This document shows positions 50,563-64,000 of a DNA stretch of 64,000 bases, one piece after another; within the stretch, counting starts at the first letter, position 1; the number at the start of each line of letters is the position of its first letter. The position numbers and the translations under genes were made by a program. The stretch covers positions 8,930,001-8,994,000 of the forward strand of contig CM119372.1 of NCBI GenBank assembly GCA_051294905.1. The letters run 5' to 3'. The notes below the pieces were generated by a model. It did no database searches and was not told where the DNA came from. It worked only from the letters and a program-made list of their open reading frames with translations. This DNA is from Botryllus schlosseri (lineage: Eukaryota).

Positions 50563-51925
50563 TTTTTTTGTGCAGTAAATATACTTGTTTGTTTTCGTTA
50601 TTGTAAAGTGAGACTGGTTGGGCATTATTCACTGAACGAAGGGGCGTCACAGACTACAATTCTAGGACAATGTAGAAATCACCCAAAAAAGGTTCGTTTG
50701 TAGGGCCATTTATAGTAATTCGCTGCACGATAATGTTGCAATAGACCAAGAAACGGTAGCTTAGTAATAAAAACATCTTATACCGACAGGATGGCGCAGA
50801 AAACACCATAAAAATAATTGAGTCGTAGGTCACGAAACGTGATATTGGAACGGGATGCAGGTGTCATTACGGACAACCATGAGCGTGATCCAACATACTC
50901 GCAGGTTACCTGGTATTCATTCGGTAGTAGAACCATAGCCCATTAATTTTGAAACTGGATCACGAATATTGCGTGGAAATTATGTTTCGTTGATGAATAT
51001 GTCCGCTAGGAGATAGGCAAGATCAATAACTGGAATCTACTGTTGCTTAGTCAAGCGTACCATAATATACTACTAGAGTTCTGTTGATCGGCAGGGGAGT
51101 AGGGCAGCTTTCTGTCATCAATCATTGACGAATGTCACGCAATATTTATCACGGGAAGTGATCGACGATGTTGGTTTCTGTAACCTGATTGCAGGGATAC
51201 GCTAAATTTTTCACCGTTCGTATAGATAACCGGTACGTTATTGATACCTTTCGTCGAACAGAGCAACCGCCTATGCATGCAATGTAGTGAGCTCATGCTG
51301 TGCTGTGTCTTAGCAGGTGATTGCAGCGTACTATTTCTGCACGCCATAGTACTTTTCACGCGATTACCGGTCAGGGGTAATAACTGGGAATGACAGACTA
51401 TATTCTCATTTTCATATCCAAAAGGTGTTAGTTGTCATTGTTATCTGGCATACGTGTGAATGGTCATGTGTATGATCACTATGAATATCTTGGAGGTTGC
51501 AGGTTGGAGACAACACCGTTTACTGTACATGCAGCATGTGCATTAAGCATTTGATTGTGTTTTTCATGGATGTCAAAATGTTGAAGATATTTGTCAAATA
51601 TATAACTACCAACAGTGTTCCCCAATATCATCTTCTTGATCTCAATTCTGAAAGACCTAACATCAATCACATCACAACTCTATTTGAAATTGTTTGACTA
51701 TTCAATCAATAACTAGCGTCCCAATCCAGGTGACTGTTTCTAAAATTGGAAATTTGAAGTTAGCATGCAGACGTGGTCAACTTATCCAGCGATACCGTAC
51801 ATAATTTATATAATTCTGGCATTGGGTTTAACTCGCATTCGATTTTACAATTGGTATTGCGACTGTAAATTCATCTCACAAATTGTCCGTAGCTAGGCTA
51901 CCACACGCCCCAATATCTGCAACAA

Positions 51926-52172
51926 GAGAGAGAGAGATATGATATTCTTTCTCGCCTGCACCATCGAGATGCTTTGGCGACGGAGTTGCGATACGGCCCC
52001 ATGAGGTCATCTAGTCTGCGCCCCCGTTTTTTTTCTCCTCCATGCTATCCGTGATTGCTGAGCGCCTAGCAGGATAGCTGCGGATACCATTTTTCGAGTC
52101 TTTGGTATGACCCGGCCGGGATCGAACCCACGACCTACCGCCCGAGAAGCCGGACGCATAACCATTACACTA
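51926..52172 (-). mobile_element. tRNA-derived SINE
   Basis: On the minus strand: A box TAGTGTAATGG, B box GGTTCGATCC, GGTCATACCAAAGAC core and (TC)n tail. Near-identical to 57355-57605; a degenerate + strand copy lies at about 46480-46610. Confidence 0.85.
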
Positions 52173-52736
52173 TCTCGCTCGCAGCCTAATGGTCAGGGCT
52201 GTAACCAAGTCCTAAGTCAATTTGATCTTCACCGCCGAGTCTGAGTCCCAGGTCAGAGAGCAACGAGTAGAGTTAGAGTTATGGTGTTGAGACTCCAGTC
52301 CAATTTCTCTATTCATTATTGAGGTCAAGACGTGTTCAACTTCCTTCTGTAAAAGTCTTGGGTGATATAAAAGGCCTTGCATTCATTATATGCTTATTTT
52401 TCCCACTTCCAACGTGTTTATGTTTATATTCAAACAGATAAGATGGGGATTATGGGCCTATTCTTCAAGTATCGGTCATAGCACAAAAGAATTGAATTAT
52501 GTAATAGAATGGTTCGAGTCAAATGACTTGGTCGAGTCATTCGCAAGAACTCAAGTACAAGTTGAGTCACTAAGCTAATTGACTCGAGTCGAGTCAACAA
52601 AAACTTACGACTCTGTCGTTACAACTCTGCTAATGGCCGAGTCTCTCATTAACGAAATTTTCAATTACGGTACTGAATTCAGAAATATAACATACATTAC
52701 ATGAGTTAAATTTAGCGATATAAGAGCTGAACTACA

Positions 52737-55700
52737 ATGGCAAAAAATGGGGACAGGGTGGAAATGCTGTACGCTTTCGACGGCATATCGGAAAATCACG
52801 AATTGACACTTTCGGAAGGGGATTTCGTTACTATAACAGACGCCGATGTAGGCGAAGGATGGTTCGAAGGACAAGACGCGAATGGGACTGTCGGACTTTT
52901 TCCATCCGGCTACGCTCAAGTTGTACCTGATGCGGGGTTTGAAAACGGTACCGATGCGATAACCCCCACGCAACAGCAAGATCTCATGGGCTCTTTCGCT
53001 CCCTCACAAGATAACGCGGGTTACCAAGGCGACGATTATGCTGACGATGACTGGGAAGCCTCCTGGGGTGCACAGGCGGTCACGCCTGCTGCTGTAGTTG
53101 CACCCACTACACAAATTGACCGGTCTGCGTCTCAAAAAAGCACCACTAGCGTCGCAAAAGTGGATGGCGATTCGCCAAAGAAATCAGGAAAGGGCGGATT
53201 GTTCGGTGGTTTATTCTCATCATTTTCATCCACTCCGTCCGAAGCGTTTGTAGCTGGCGAATCAGACAAAGTCGACACATCTGGAAAACCTAGAATTATT
53301 CTCACCATGACAGACGGATTACCAATGTGGGAATATTCCAATAAACATTTCACGTGTGTCGTATCCGATCCGCAGAAAGCCAGTAAGTTCTCGGGCTTGA
53401 AGAGTTATATAACTTACAACATCACGCCGGATGACACCGGTAAAACAGTCACGAGACGGTACAAACACTTTGATTGGCTCCTCGAGCAGTTGACGAGGAA
53501 ATTCAGCACCATCATCTCCATCCCGCCACTTCCAGACAAGCAAATCACCGGTCGGTACGAAGACGAATTTATCGAAAATCGAAGGCAACAGTTGCACACG
53601 TGGATTGCCAGAATGTCCCTGCACCCTGTCGTCGCGGAGTCCGAAGTTTTCCAGCATTTTCTCCGTTCGAAAGACTCGGAAAAGGCTTGGAAGGATGGAA
53701 AACGCAAAGCGGAAAGTGACGTGGCAGTCGGCGGCGCGCTCTGCTCGACCATAGCCCCACTTGAGCAGTATAGAATCGAACTGGCGGATGCCGAAGCTAC
53801 GCTGCAACTCAACACCCAATTCACCAAGAATTTGGACGACGCGTTGAAGCAAATGACGGCTCACGGCGCGGAATATGCTCGAAAATGTGCAGGTCCTTTA
53901 ACGCGGGAATACCAGAGAACTGGACAGTGCTTCGGCGCAATAGCAAACGCATTTGCTTTAGACACGAGAGAAACGTCGATACCGCTAACGAATGCTATAC
54001 AGCACACAGGTAAATCGGTCATGAAATTACTAAAAATATGACCTTATCGAAATGATCAGTGTAACGCAGGCACTACGTATGAAGAAATCGGAAATATGTT
54101 CCACGAACAATCGAAAAACGATTGGATTCCGCTATTAGATGGCATGAATGAGTACAAAGGTAACACACAGTGACGCAGATAATAGTGAATGTGCAATGCT
54201 TTTTGTGAGTGTTAGTATTAATTTCAGGTATAGTATCATGCTTTCCGAATATTCTTGGTAACAACAAGAGTGGCATTGACAAGCAAAAGGAAATACAGAA
54301 ACTGCACCTTGAAGGCAAATGCACGAGTGAGGATGTAGATAATGCAAAATTGCGGGCGGAGACGTTATCGTATGCAGTGCAAGCTGAGGTCAACCACATG
54401 CAGCATTACAGGTGAGATGTGTATGGATCACTTTATTCAATGGAAATTGTTGGAGAGTATGCAACTTGCAACATGTGAAACTATGTTATCGTCATCTATA
54501 GCATACATGAAATTTTCGTTGTGACTAATGTAATATATTTGGTTGTGTATACTTTATTATTGTGACTTTGACTGTTACGGAAGTATTGTACCTATGAGCA
54601 ATGCATCGCTGATATCAGCTACTTGCTGAGACCATTGAGCATGTTGAAATGGACTTCCTTTACAATTACACTGCTCTCTCGCGACTTGTACTGTAAGCCT
54701 ACAGTTGTCATGCATGTTAAGATGTTTCTTATTTCTGGTTTTTAGACCTGTGTCATTACGACTGCCATTGTGATAAAGAACTGAATATGGAGAGAGGTGG
54801 TCTAGGCCAGTGGTTCTCAACCTTTTAGACCTCGCGGACCAGTAAAATCCAAAACTAATGTTGCGGACCAGTGAACCTTCAAAAATCAAAATTAATTACA
54901 ATTAATACATGCAATTCAAATTGATTATTGGAAACTTCATTTAATGCTATTTGCGATTGTGATTGTTCACTGTCGTTAGAAGAAATGCGACTTTGATGTT
55001 TACTTTAGCCTATATTATTTTACGGTCCAGTGTCACTTAATTGCATTGTCAGAAGTCGGCGAAGTTTGTCCAAAAGTCTACATAGCTTTCAAGTATGACT
55101 TGTCCAAAACGAGAAGCATACAACTTTTAAACAGTTTCGTACAACACTCTCACCATTCCAGTGTACGCCCTAAATAGACTATGAGCTCTCTGTTACAACA
55201 CCATGCAGAAAATACGTTCCAAACTTCTAAATCAATTCAAAATTTGATGTATTATTTCTCTACTGAATGGTTAAGCGTTGCAACTTTTTGTGTTTTGAAA
55301 TTGAGATATAAAATTCTGATATATTTGGCGGACCGGCAGGAAACTTGCTTCGGACCGGCGGTTGAAAACCACCGGTCTAGGCGGAATAATTTAAATCACC
55401 AGATTTTCCATCAACTATGCTTGCCGTTCGAGATTCATAGCAAACCACACAAAAATCAATAACGGCGGCCTTGAATCTAATGAGTGATGCAATGTATAGT
55501 CGGGCACTAATACGCCGAAGGTGATTGCAGCGTTGACTGACTAGGCCTATTGATTATAGCCGACTGCTAAGTGGAGCACTTCGCAAAATTTATGAGGAGT
55601 CTCCCATTAATTTCGTTTCCAAACTTCCTGTTCCAAACAACTTTGTTCGCCTTCCCTGCATAGCCCAATAACCACAGTTGCAAACTCAGCGGTGTAACGT

Positions 55701-55837
55701 GTAAACTGTTTTACGTCTTCAGAGTCGGCGATTTCACGGAGTTCATGAGAAGTTTCACCCAACAACAAGTCGTCTTCTATCAGAATATAGTCGCCAAGTT
55801 GCAAGAAACTGCGAGCCTGTATGAGAACTTGCAATGA
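52737..55837 (+). CDS. SNX9/18/33: SH3-PX-BAR sorting nexin (SNX9/SNX18/SNX33 family), about 553 aa
   Basis: Exons 52737-54009, 54070-54159, 54228-54411, 55723-55837. SH3 domain (LYAFDG..ELTL..GEGWFEG..GLFPSGY), acidic DDDW linker, PX domain (KFSGLKSYITY, RRYKHFDWL, IPPLPDKQITGRYEDEFIE), BAR domain ending VGDFTEFMRSFTQQQVVFYQNIVAKL. Confidence 0.95.
54808..55374. mobile_element. hAT MITE (CAGTGGTTCTCAAC family) in an SNX intron
   Basis: TIRs present; perfect TSD gtctaggc. Confidence 0.85.
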
Positions 55838-55999
55838 TACATACCTAACAGTGTTTGTTAAGTCTTGATTTCTGTATAAATGAACTATAGAGTCTATCCC
55901 GCATTTCAATCTATCATAGCAATGATTTATCGCGTGGTTTCCGCCATGAAATCATATGGCAGGTATTTTGTCCTATTCGAGCAACCAGTGCTCTTATGA

Positions 56000-58470
56000 T
56001 TATTCTATGTCAAGCGCTTACCAAGTGTGTCACAGTGCAATTACCTCTGCAATACCACTACCCCAATTAAATATGATCAGTATCAAATGTAGTAAGAAGG
56101 AGCATCGCGTTTTTCCAACCTTTCAGCGCGTTTCCGTTTATTTCAACCCACTGCCCCGAAAGAAATTCAAGAATAGGATGCATCTTGCTGCGTAAACCAA
56201 TCTTATCAACGCCCTTGCGTCATTGTCCAAATCTAAAGTCGATCCGTTGGAAAAAACAAAGTGTCATTTCCCGTACTTCGATAGGAATATCGCGAGGTTG
56301 CTCATATCATGGTGAATATTGGGACTACCCAATTTCTTTGCCTGTGTGATTCGCGCAAAGCCCATACTCGGACAAACGCTGACACGGCGGCCATTGTCCG
56401 CCGCGGCGCAATGGAACTTAGTTTCAAATCAATTTGTCATCATAACGTCGCAATATTATGTCTTGCTCGCTATTTGTATTCTACTCCCGTAGATCTTAAT
56501 GACGAGGTCTGGTGGGCTTCTGTAAGTATGGAGATGTGTATTACGTAGCAGCCGCCTGCTCTTAGTTTCTGAACAATATTTCATGTTATGTTCCTATCTA
56601 TGTATAATACGGTACTAGGAGAGCACAAATGGCAAGCATATCATGCTTCGCTATTCGTGGAGGAAATCCGGATACGGTAGCTCATGTACGAGGCTCGGCA
56701 GCCTTTTTTGTTAGGGAAATGTAAATCTTGGATTCTTGGAGTCTATTCCCACTATAAGCCAAGGCGTGGATATTGGACAAGAACCTGTCACCGTTGATAT
56801 GGTGATGTTGGATAAACAGATATCGATTCGCGGTCGTGTCTCTTAACAGTGGGATTGTGAAATAGTGATTTGGCGTCGGAACTGATGCACTGCACCACTT
56901 CCTATTGGAGACAATAGCGAGCCGCGCGCGCAATATGGTCGACGTAATAACGTGCTATCTGCTGTAGGCTACGTCATGTGTACGATGATTGTATTCCAGT
57001 ATTACGCCCTTGATGTTCATTTTATTGAATTACCTTGTTGAATATATTTGATTGTGACTGCAAAATCGTCGCGTATGTCTGCTCCAGCGACAGGGTTTAG
57101 GAAATGTCGGATAACTTTTTGCAACAGGTCTATCGGAACGGGGGAGAACGCGAACATGTGTATTTTATAGTATCCCGGTTTCATTTTCATATTCAATGGT
57201 ACTGAAAAAGGTCCATTTGTTGATCAATAATGTCAATACCATGATGGTGAAGTTGAACCTGATTTGCCCCACAGAGCGTTGCTGATATTCTCAAATGATG
57301 ATACGTTTGGCTGTGGCGTTTATTATAACGTGATATTTTTTAAAGATAGCATAAGAGAGAGAGAGAGAGAGATGATATTCTTTTTCGCCTGCACCATCGA
57401 GATGCTTTGACGACGGAGTTGCGATACGGCCCCATGAGGTCATCTAGTCTGCGCCCCCGGTTTTTTCTCCTCCATGCTATCCGTGATTGCTGAGCGCCTA
57501 GCAGGATAGCTGCGGATACCAATTTTCGAGTCTTTGGTATGACCCGGCCGGGGATCGAACCCACGACCTACCGCTCGAGAAGCCGGACGCATAACCATTA
57601 CACTAAATCGGAGTTCAGTTAGCTTTAGCGAATGCATCACGTCACATGATACTTCTATCTTCTATGACAATAAATTTCAAATGCAGGGTTGCATCTAGAA
57701 TTTAAAGCGCTATTTCAATTGCCTATATTTCCACGATCTTCGCGAAGTGTAGGTAGTTAAGCCAATATTTCATTAGAAGGGGTGGATATCATCAAGACGG
57801 GCTAAGCATATATCTGTCTCATCGTTTCACAGTATCTAGGTCCGCATATTCACGGCCTACGTAGGCCTCGTGGCGACTTTACCAACTTCTGTATCATTTT
57901 CGTATTCATTCTACAATAAAATAAAAAAACTATAAATGTATGTAAAATTGCCTGCGCTATCACGTATGACACATGAATCACTATATTGATACAAAGAGTT
58001 GTCGATTGCAATCAGCGCAAAAGCATGCCATCTTATCAAAGCCGTTGGTACAGCATCCTACCGCATCGTCAAATTCTTTTCAAGTGGCTGATTGTAAACA
58101 TACGCCGCATCTATTGTATTGGTAACAATGCTGAAAATTGAAATCTTCGTATGCGACCGAAGTGCAAAGCACTATAATCAGATTGACTTCATATTCCCGG
58201 GTCATTGTACCAGAAAACATCAATAGGCACAAATTCTGAACTCCCTTTAAAAGTCACGATAATTAATACGGAAGGACTGATTGTTCCAATACTGACAATC
58301 GAGAACAAAACCCTAATCATAAATATTCACATATATTACTTCGTAGCTGGCGAGACCAATAACGGGCTTACGCAGTATACAAATGATTGCGTCTATTATG
58401 AATTTGGTGACGACAGATTTGATGCGATGCAGAGATACATACGAATAGTAACATTATCATTATGAGAGTA
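56000..58470 (-). CDS. Possible uncharacterised minus-strand multi-exon gene
   Basis: Several AG/GT-bounded open segments on the minus strand: about 58209-58291 (IGTISPSVLIIVTFKGSSEFVPIDVF), about 58062-58131 (IVTNTIDAAYVYNQPLEKEFDDA) and about 57033-57130 (LLQKVIRHFLNPVAGADIRDDFAVTIKYIQQ). I could not build a full model. Confidence 0.3.
57355..57605 (-). mobile_element. tRNA-derived SINE (second copy)
   Basis: Same features as 51926-52172. Confidence 0.85.
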
Positions 58471-58660
58471 CACTGTATATGTGACTCGTGCAGCAAGAAA
58501 GCCTATAAAACTTTGTGCATTCCGAATGAGCCTTGATTTTGATTAGAAATGATGTCTGAGCCGCAACTTTCTCTGTCACGCGCACGTAGCAGGCGAGTGT
58601 GTAAGTGATGGGATCTGTTTACTCTGTTACCAGCCAACTATCATAGGATAGCCCAACCAA

Positions 58661-61600
58661 ATGTCTACCCTGAATCTACCGGCGATTATTGCAAGACTTC
58701 ATGGAATAGAACAATATAAACCGTCGATACCCTCATCGCGAAAGGTAAGTTTATGTTTGCAGATGGTATTATCTGGACGGAACTGCAGTAATATAAAGTA
58801 AGAATATTAAGTAAAATAATAGCCTATTATTTGTGCCTTGACGGCCATTTGCAGGCAGGCATCCTTGTAATCTTGTGATGTTTTGAAAGGTGAACGGTAG
58901 GGTTAACATATTTTGGAATCGGGAAAGGAGGACACTTTTTCAAACTTAGAATACTGGAGTAAAATCCGGAAAAAAAACTTTGTGGTTGGTTAAGTAAAAA
59001 AAAGAGCAACTTTGCGGCTCGACTCCAAAAATATAGTTTTTCTTTCTCACTTTACGTTGGTTGACTAAAGAAAAAAAGGTCGTCTCTTTCGTTTGAACAA
59101 AGAATTTCCTATTGAGCGCCATTTATACCCATTTTCACTCGAATCTATCCACTGTCTCAACTCTAAAAGCTGTAAAGGGGGACAAATTCCCAAAATAGAG
59201 GACATTTAGACGTCCTCGGAGGACATTTTCAAAAACCTGAAAAAGAGGACGTATGGAGGAGAACGGATCGTAACCCTATGAACAGTAACAATAAACTGAC
59301 ATTGAATGAAGTAACATAACATAACATAACATGGTTGGGTTATATTTTTGATCTGAACAAGTCACACACAATGTACAATGCGATAAGACACAATGCGATG
59401 TAGAACGACACGCATCAGTAGCGATCCTTTACTCTAACATCCACCTCGGCCTAGAGTGCCCGATTTCACAGTTCCTTTTCGATGTTGATCTCTTTGAAGC
59501 CGCGGCCCTTTCTACTAGTTCTTTTCCATTCATTGTGAGTGCTTTCTTTCGTCGGGTATTTTTCTGGGCTTTTTTTGTCGCCGTAAGAACGGCAACGGCA
59601 GGGGAAGAGGAGTCCAGATAAACCTCCGGCGGGAATCGAACGCGGTTCGTATGCGTGCTGGGCGCTTATCGTAACCACTACACTATCTCCCCCTCCGTTT
59701 CGAAGTAAGCGTCTCGAATCTATTGCGATTTTACATTCGAAAAGTTCCGTCAAATTGCATAGTAGCAATAAGACTGTTCTGCTGTGTCACCTCCAACTTG
59801 GATTCGTGGGCTAAATATGCAATATCTAACCACACGCTGGCATGAATGAGCCTACAATACTCAGTTCATACTAGGGTTACCATACTAACCACAATTTCGT
59901 GGGGTAAATTTCCCATTTTTTCCGGATTTTACTCCTCTGAAAATTTTGAAAAAGTGTCCTCCTTTCCCGATTCCAAAATATATGGTAATCCTAGGTCAGT
60001 GGTTCTCAACCTTTTTGTCTTCACGGACCCCTTTTGGACTGTCACGGACCCCCAAAGTTTTAGTTCAAATTTAGCTATATTACCCTGCGACCGTCACCTG
60101 TCATGTGAAAATATCAATTATAGGCCAGTGATAAACAGCAACAAAATGACCATTCTTGAAAAAACGTCGTATAGCTTATACTTACTATTTATGTAGAAAT
60201 TGGGAAGACTTTTATTATTTCAAAGCGAAATCTGAAGCAAATTTTTTTTAAATACGCGGTAATGTCTTGAAAATCCACGCCGTCCATTTGATATAAACGA
60301 GTGCCGAAATCCATTTCGACAAAGGTATAGGTGGTGGCGAATGTCATAATTACGCACAGCGTTTCCGACGACACTTTTAGGTATTATTGCAACATAAATG
60401 ACACCAAAATTGGGAAACATATTTTTAGTGACCATATAACGTCCAGCATAGTCATTTCTATCTAGCAGCTATCCTAATAGTTATTCTGAAATAGCGGGTA
60501 TTTATATCAAAGAAGAAAATGGATTCTTGCAAACAGTTTTTTCTAAACCACACAAAACATCTCCTAACAGCAATATGTTTGTATCAGTAGGCTATTGGAA
60601 ATGAAAAGAAGTTTGCACAGTAGAATACTTCATCCCAGACGTCCAATCTGTTTATATGTGAGTTATGAATTTTTAGCACCTACGAAGTGAGAATGCCTTG
60701 TGAATTCCCTTTTATTGAAAAAATTAAAGTTAAATTATCAGTCAATTTGCAAATTTGAAGGTTTCGCGGACCACTGCAAATCCTTCGCGGACCCCCGGTT
60801 GAGAACCACTGCCCTAGTCTATATACTATTTCAAAGCCATAGTGAGTTGTCGTTGTTTGTGGTATTCACGGACGTTTTCGACTACGATCATTATGGTTAT
60901 TGGTCATTCCCATACCAGGCCGATATTCTGTTTGATTCCGTATCTGCCGATTTGTAGGTTGTATAGCCCGGCCCACGTCTAGAATTTTTTTTTTTTGAGA
61001 CTCCGCATATTGGATTTGATGGCGAGGAGCTTAGATAAACCTCCAACGCTTGAGAAGAAGTTCTGGAGTCGAACTCGGTCGAACTCAAACCCGCGGCCTA
61101 TTGGTGCTGTAGCCTTGGATCATAGCATAACCATCTACGTCAGTGGTTCTCAACCTTTTTGGCTTCGCGGACCCCTTTTAACCGTCACGGACCCACGCGG
61201 ACCCCCTCAAGCTTTAGCTCAATTTTAGCTCTATTATGGTGCAACCTTCATATCTGTCTTGTGCAAATATGAACTGTAGGCTTGTGATAAACAGCAAAAT
61301 AATGATTTTTCTTCAAAATGACATCATACTATTTATGTAGAGAGTGGTAGACTTTTATTATTTCAAAGCTAATTTCGCTGCTGTAATTCTTGAAGTACGA
61401 TGTCGTGTCTTGAAAATCCGCGACTTCGTCTTGATATGAATGAGAAGTGCCGAAAACCATTTCCGCAAAGATAGATGGAGGCTAATGCAATATTAACACA
61501 TAAACGCTTCCGACGATACTATTGGTGTGATCGCAACATTTATGGCACCAAAATGAAGAAACAAATATTTTATGAACATATCACGCCCAGCATCTAGCGT

Positions 61601-64000
61601 AGGGAGGGGCAATATACGCACCGCGGGCCGGATTCGGTCCGTGACAATGTTTTGATAGGCCCACAGAGAGTTTCTACAGTCAAAGTGAAATCCTAATCTA
61701 AAAGTGTAGACAAATTTTATGCGCCAATGAATGGATCCCATTTTCCAACCTGAGAAAGACTGTCATGAAACGACTTGTTCTGTTCCGGTTTAGATATATA
61801 TTTACGAGCAAACATTTTCGACCATGAACAATTGAACATTAACAAGACAAGGCTACATACCAATGTAACTGGTGATATGAATTTCAGGGTTGGAGCGCAA
61901 TGCTTTGACAGCAACGCAATAAGAACGTGCCAAATCTGATAGCCGAGCTTTAAGTATATCATTGTCCGATTTATGACGAGCGTCAGCCGTAAATATTCGG
62001 GTTCATTTCAATATGAATAAACTATTCAATTGTACATTGATGTTCTGTACCTCCAAGAAGCTGTTCAAATAGTGGTTATTTATATCACAGTATAAAATGG
62101 ATTTCATTGAGAGGTTTCAATTCCTGCATTGGGACACATTAGGGAAATACTTCGGAAATTGTTATTTCAAACGACTGTTCACTAATTTGATGAGACTGAC
62201 AACTTTAAATCAAGAAGGTTTCGCAGACATTACGAAGTGACCTTGATCGACGTTACTATCTCCATATTTTTATTTTTTCCACAAACCCCAACAAAACGTC
62301 TCCAAACAGCAATATGTTTGTATCAGCAGCTTATTGGATAATTGGCAATGAAAATGAATTTCCTCATCTTTCGCAAATTAAAAAATAAAATAAAAATTAG
62401 GTTATCAAGCATTTTAAAAATTTAGAAGTCTCGCGGACCCCCTGAAATTGTTTCGCGGACCCCTGGGGATCCGCGGCCCCCCGGTTGAGAACCGCTGATC
62501 TACGTTGTTTCGCCACTTAGCCATAGTGGGTGTGAATTCGTTTGAAGAAAAGCTGGTGATCATTATAATTAGGTCTCCTTGTAGGCACTGGGAATATTTG
62601 AGCACTCCTTAATCCAAAATCCTTAAATTATTTCGCGTATTGCGTTTAGCGTGTCATCAAGCATGCAGACGTAACGCACTTTGGACCAGGGGATCGCAAT
62701 TGGGCAACTCTTCAAAAGACGGTATGTGTCATACACCGACATAGGTCAAGTATCTGAGTTGGTGTCTGAAAGTAAATCTTCACTAAAACAGCCTCTATAT
62801 TTGGATCAAGTACTACGTCGTCGCAGAGACGTCCGAGCACATGATAATCAGTATGCTGACAAGCCTCCTCCGCGCAATAAGCGGCCACACTTCTTGCCCA
62901 AATTGGATAACAGACCCACTTATAATTCGGACACCACAGTTCCGATAGTTAAAGGAACAAATGTAGAAAATTTTACTGATTTCGAAACTTCGAAAGCAAT
63001 TGTCTCGCCGGTGCATGATGATGACGACGACGACGATTCTCAATGGGCTAGAAATGCAATCAATGGAGCTGATTCTAAAGACATTGTTCGTTCCTATGAA
63101 GATCATATTCCATCATCCACTACAACATTCAAGAGATTGGAAGAACCCGGAACTGACAATGTTGCGTACAACCACAGAAAAACCGTAACATTCTCAAAAT
63201 TATACCTGTTACCTCCAGTGGAAAAGACCCTTACCAAACAAGACGACCACTATGATCAACCAGCCACAGCAAACCACAAACTGATGGTAGACTATTAATA
63301 ACTGTTATACTTAATTTAGTGAGAATCTCAGACATTCAATATCTCAATTCCTGCAGGTGAATAATGATCGGCATCCACGAGACAATCTGCCAGAACATGC
63401 TCCCCAGCAGCTTCCAAAGATGATGACGCTGGGCCGTCAAAGAAACTCCACAAATTATGATACAAATCAGCCACGGTGAGTTGTGTCAGCTGCTGTCTAA
63501 TATATACATACAAGTTTGAAATGTTATCCTCGATCTCATTTGGTATATATCCGATAGTGATGGAATCGCTAAAAGGTCCGGAGTTCCAGCGTCTCAATCC
63601 ACGTTTTCGCGCATTCTTCACCCCGAATCGCCGACAACTCACGCCGGTAGAAAATTACTAGCGAGTCTTCTCTCCAGAAGTAGAAAGGGGAAGAAACCAA
63701 AGTCTCTGCCTATTAATAATATCCCCGGGCCCGTGCTCTATGCAGAGGAATACCTTCGCGTTGCAGAAGGCGCTGGTCATCAATCAGATAGGGCTTTTGA
63801 ACGAGCAGGTAAACCATTTCTAAACCGGGCGCCGTACAATAAATTGCCCGGAGAAACGGTGGGCAAGCACTTTCAACACACGCACAACAATCTGTGGAAA
63901 TATATATTTACGGATGGGAGCACGCGAAGCAGGCGCGGGGCGAAATCGTACTTTCCTACAAAACGTGAACTTCAAAAAACGAACCCTGACGTTATATATA
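58661..64000 (+). CDS. Uncharacterised spliced gene, 3'-partial
   Basis: Putative exons 58661-58744 (MSTLNLPAIIARLHG..., donor AAG|GTAAGT), 62650-62721, 62792-63286 (inside the 205-aa ORF), 63357-63475 and about 63559-63808, with compatible phases. The product is hydrophilic and low-complexity with no recognisable domain. Confidence 0.5.
59330..59691 (-). mobile_element. tRNA-derived SINE of a second family
   Basis: Minus strand reads GGGGAGATAGTGTAGTGG...GTTCGATTCCCGCCGGAGG. The body resembles the interrupted copy at about 7860-7894 plus 11716-12050. Confidence 0.65.
59997..60811. mobile_element. hAT MITE (CAGTGGTTCTCAAC / GGACCCC family)
   Basis: TIRs present; homologous to 61141-62497. 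Confidence 0.8.
61141..62497. mobile_element. hAT MITE with a secondary insertion
   Basis: TIRs present; perfect TSD atctacgt. About 550 bp extra (about 61595-62140) relative to 59997-60811. Confidence 0.8.

Noticed and set aside
53132..53864. Antisense ORFs over the sorting nexin exon, and the 55607-55909 minus ORF
   Set aside because: They are shadows of + strand SNX coding exons with no independent motifs.
57535..57605. tRNA genes here and at about 52100-52172 and 59620-59691
   Set aside because: The A and B boxes are attached to repeated SINE bodies and tails, and no clean cloverleaf is evident.

Overview
AT-rich, intron-rich invertebrate animal genomic DNA. Many introns are about 50-65 nt, which is compatible with a tunicate, but the taxon is my inference. 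The main result is two tandem + strand genes, A (1246-26572, 26 coding exons, about 1181 aa) and B (27267-35611, 23 coding exons, about 1123 aa). I assembled both by hand into uninterrupted, phase-consistent reading frames with the same architecture: an N-terminal IRE1-type protein kinase, a KEN ribonuclease domain, a short linker, a complete RIG-I-like DECH helicase (Hel1, Hel2i, Hel2, pincer) and a Zn-binding RIG-I C-terminal domain. Neither model has CARDs, ankyrin repeats, an ER-luminal domain or a transmembrane segment. This looks like a one-component cytosolic dsRNA sensor-nuclease, in which the RLR sensor is wired directly to an IRE1/RNase L-type effector. Downstream lie ATG13, an SNX9/18/33 sorting nexin and one or two uncharacterised genes. 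Introns and intergenic DNA carry many hAT-type MITEs with 8-bp TSDs, including a five-to-six-level nested stack in intron 4 of gene A, plus tRNA-derived SINEs and L2/CR1-type LINE ends. All gene models come from manual reading of splice sites; no database search was possible.
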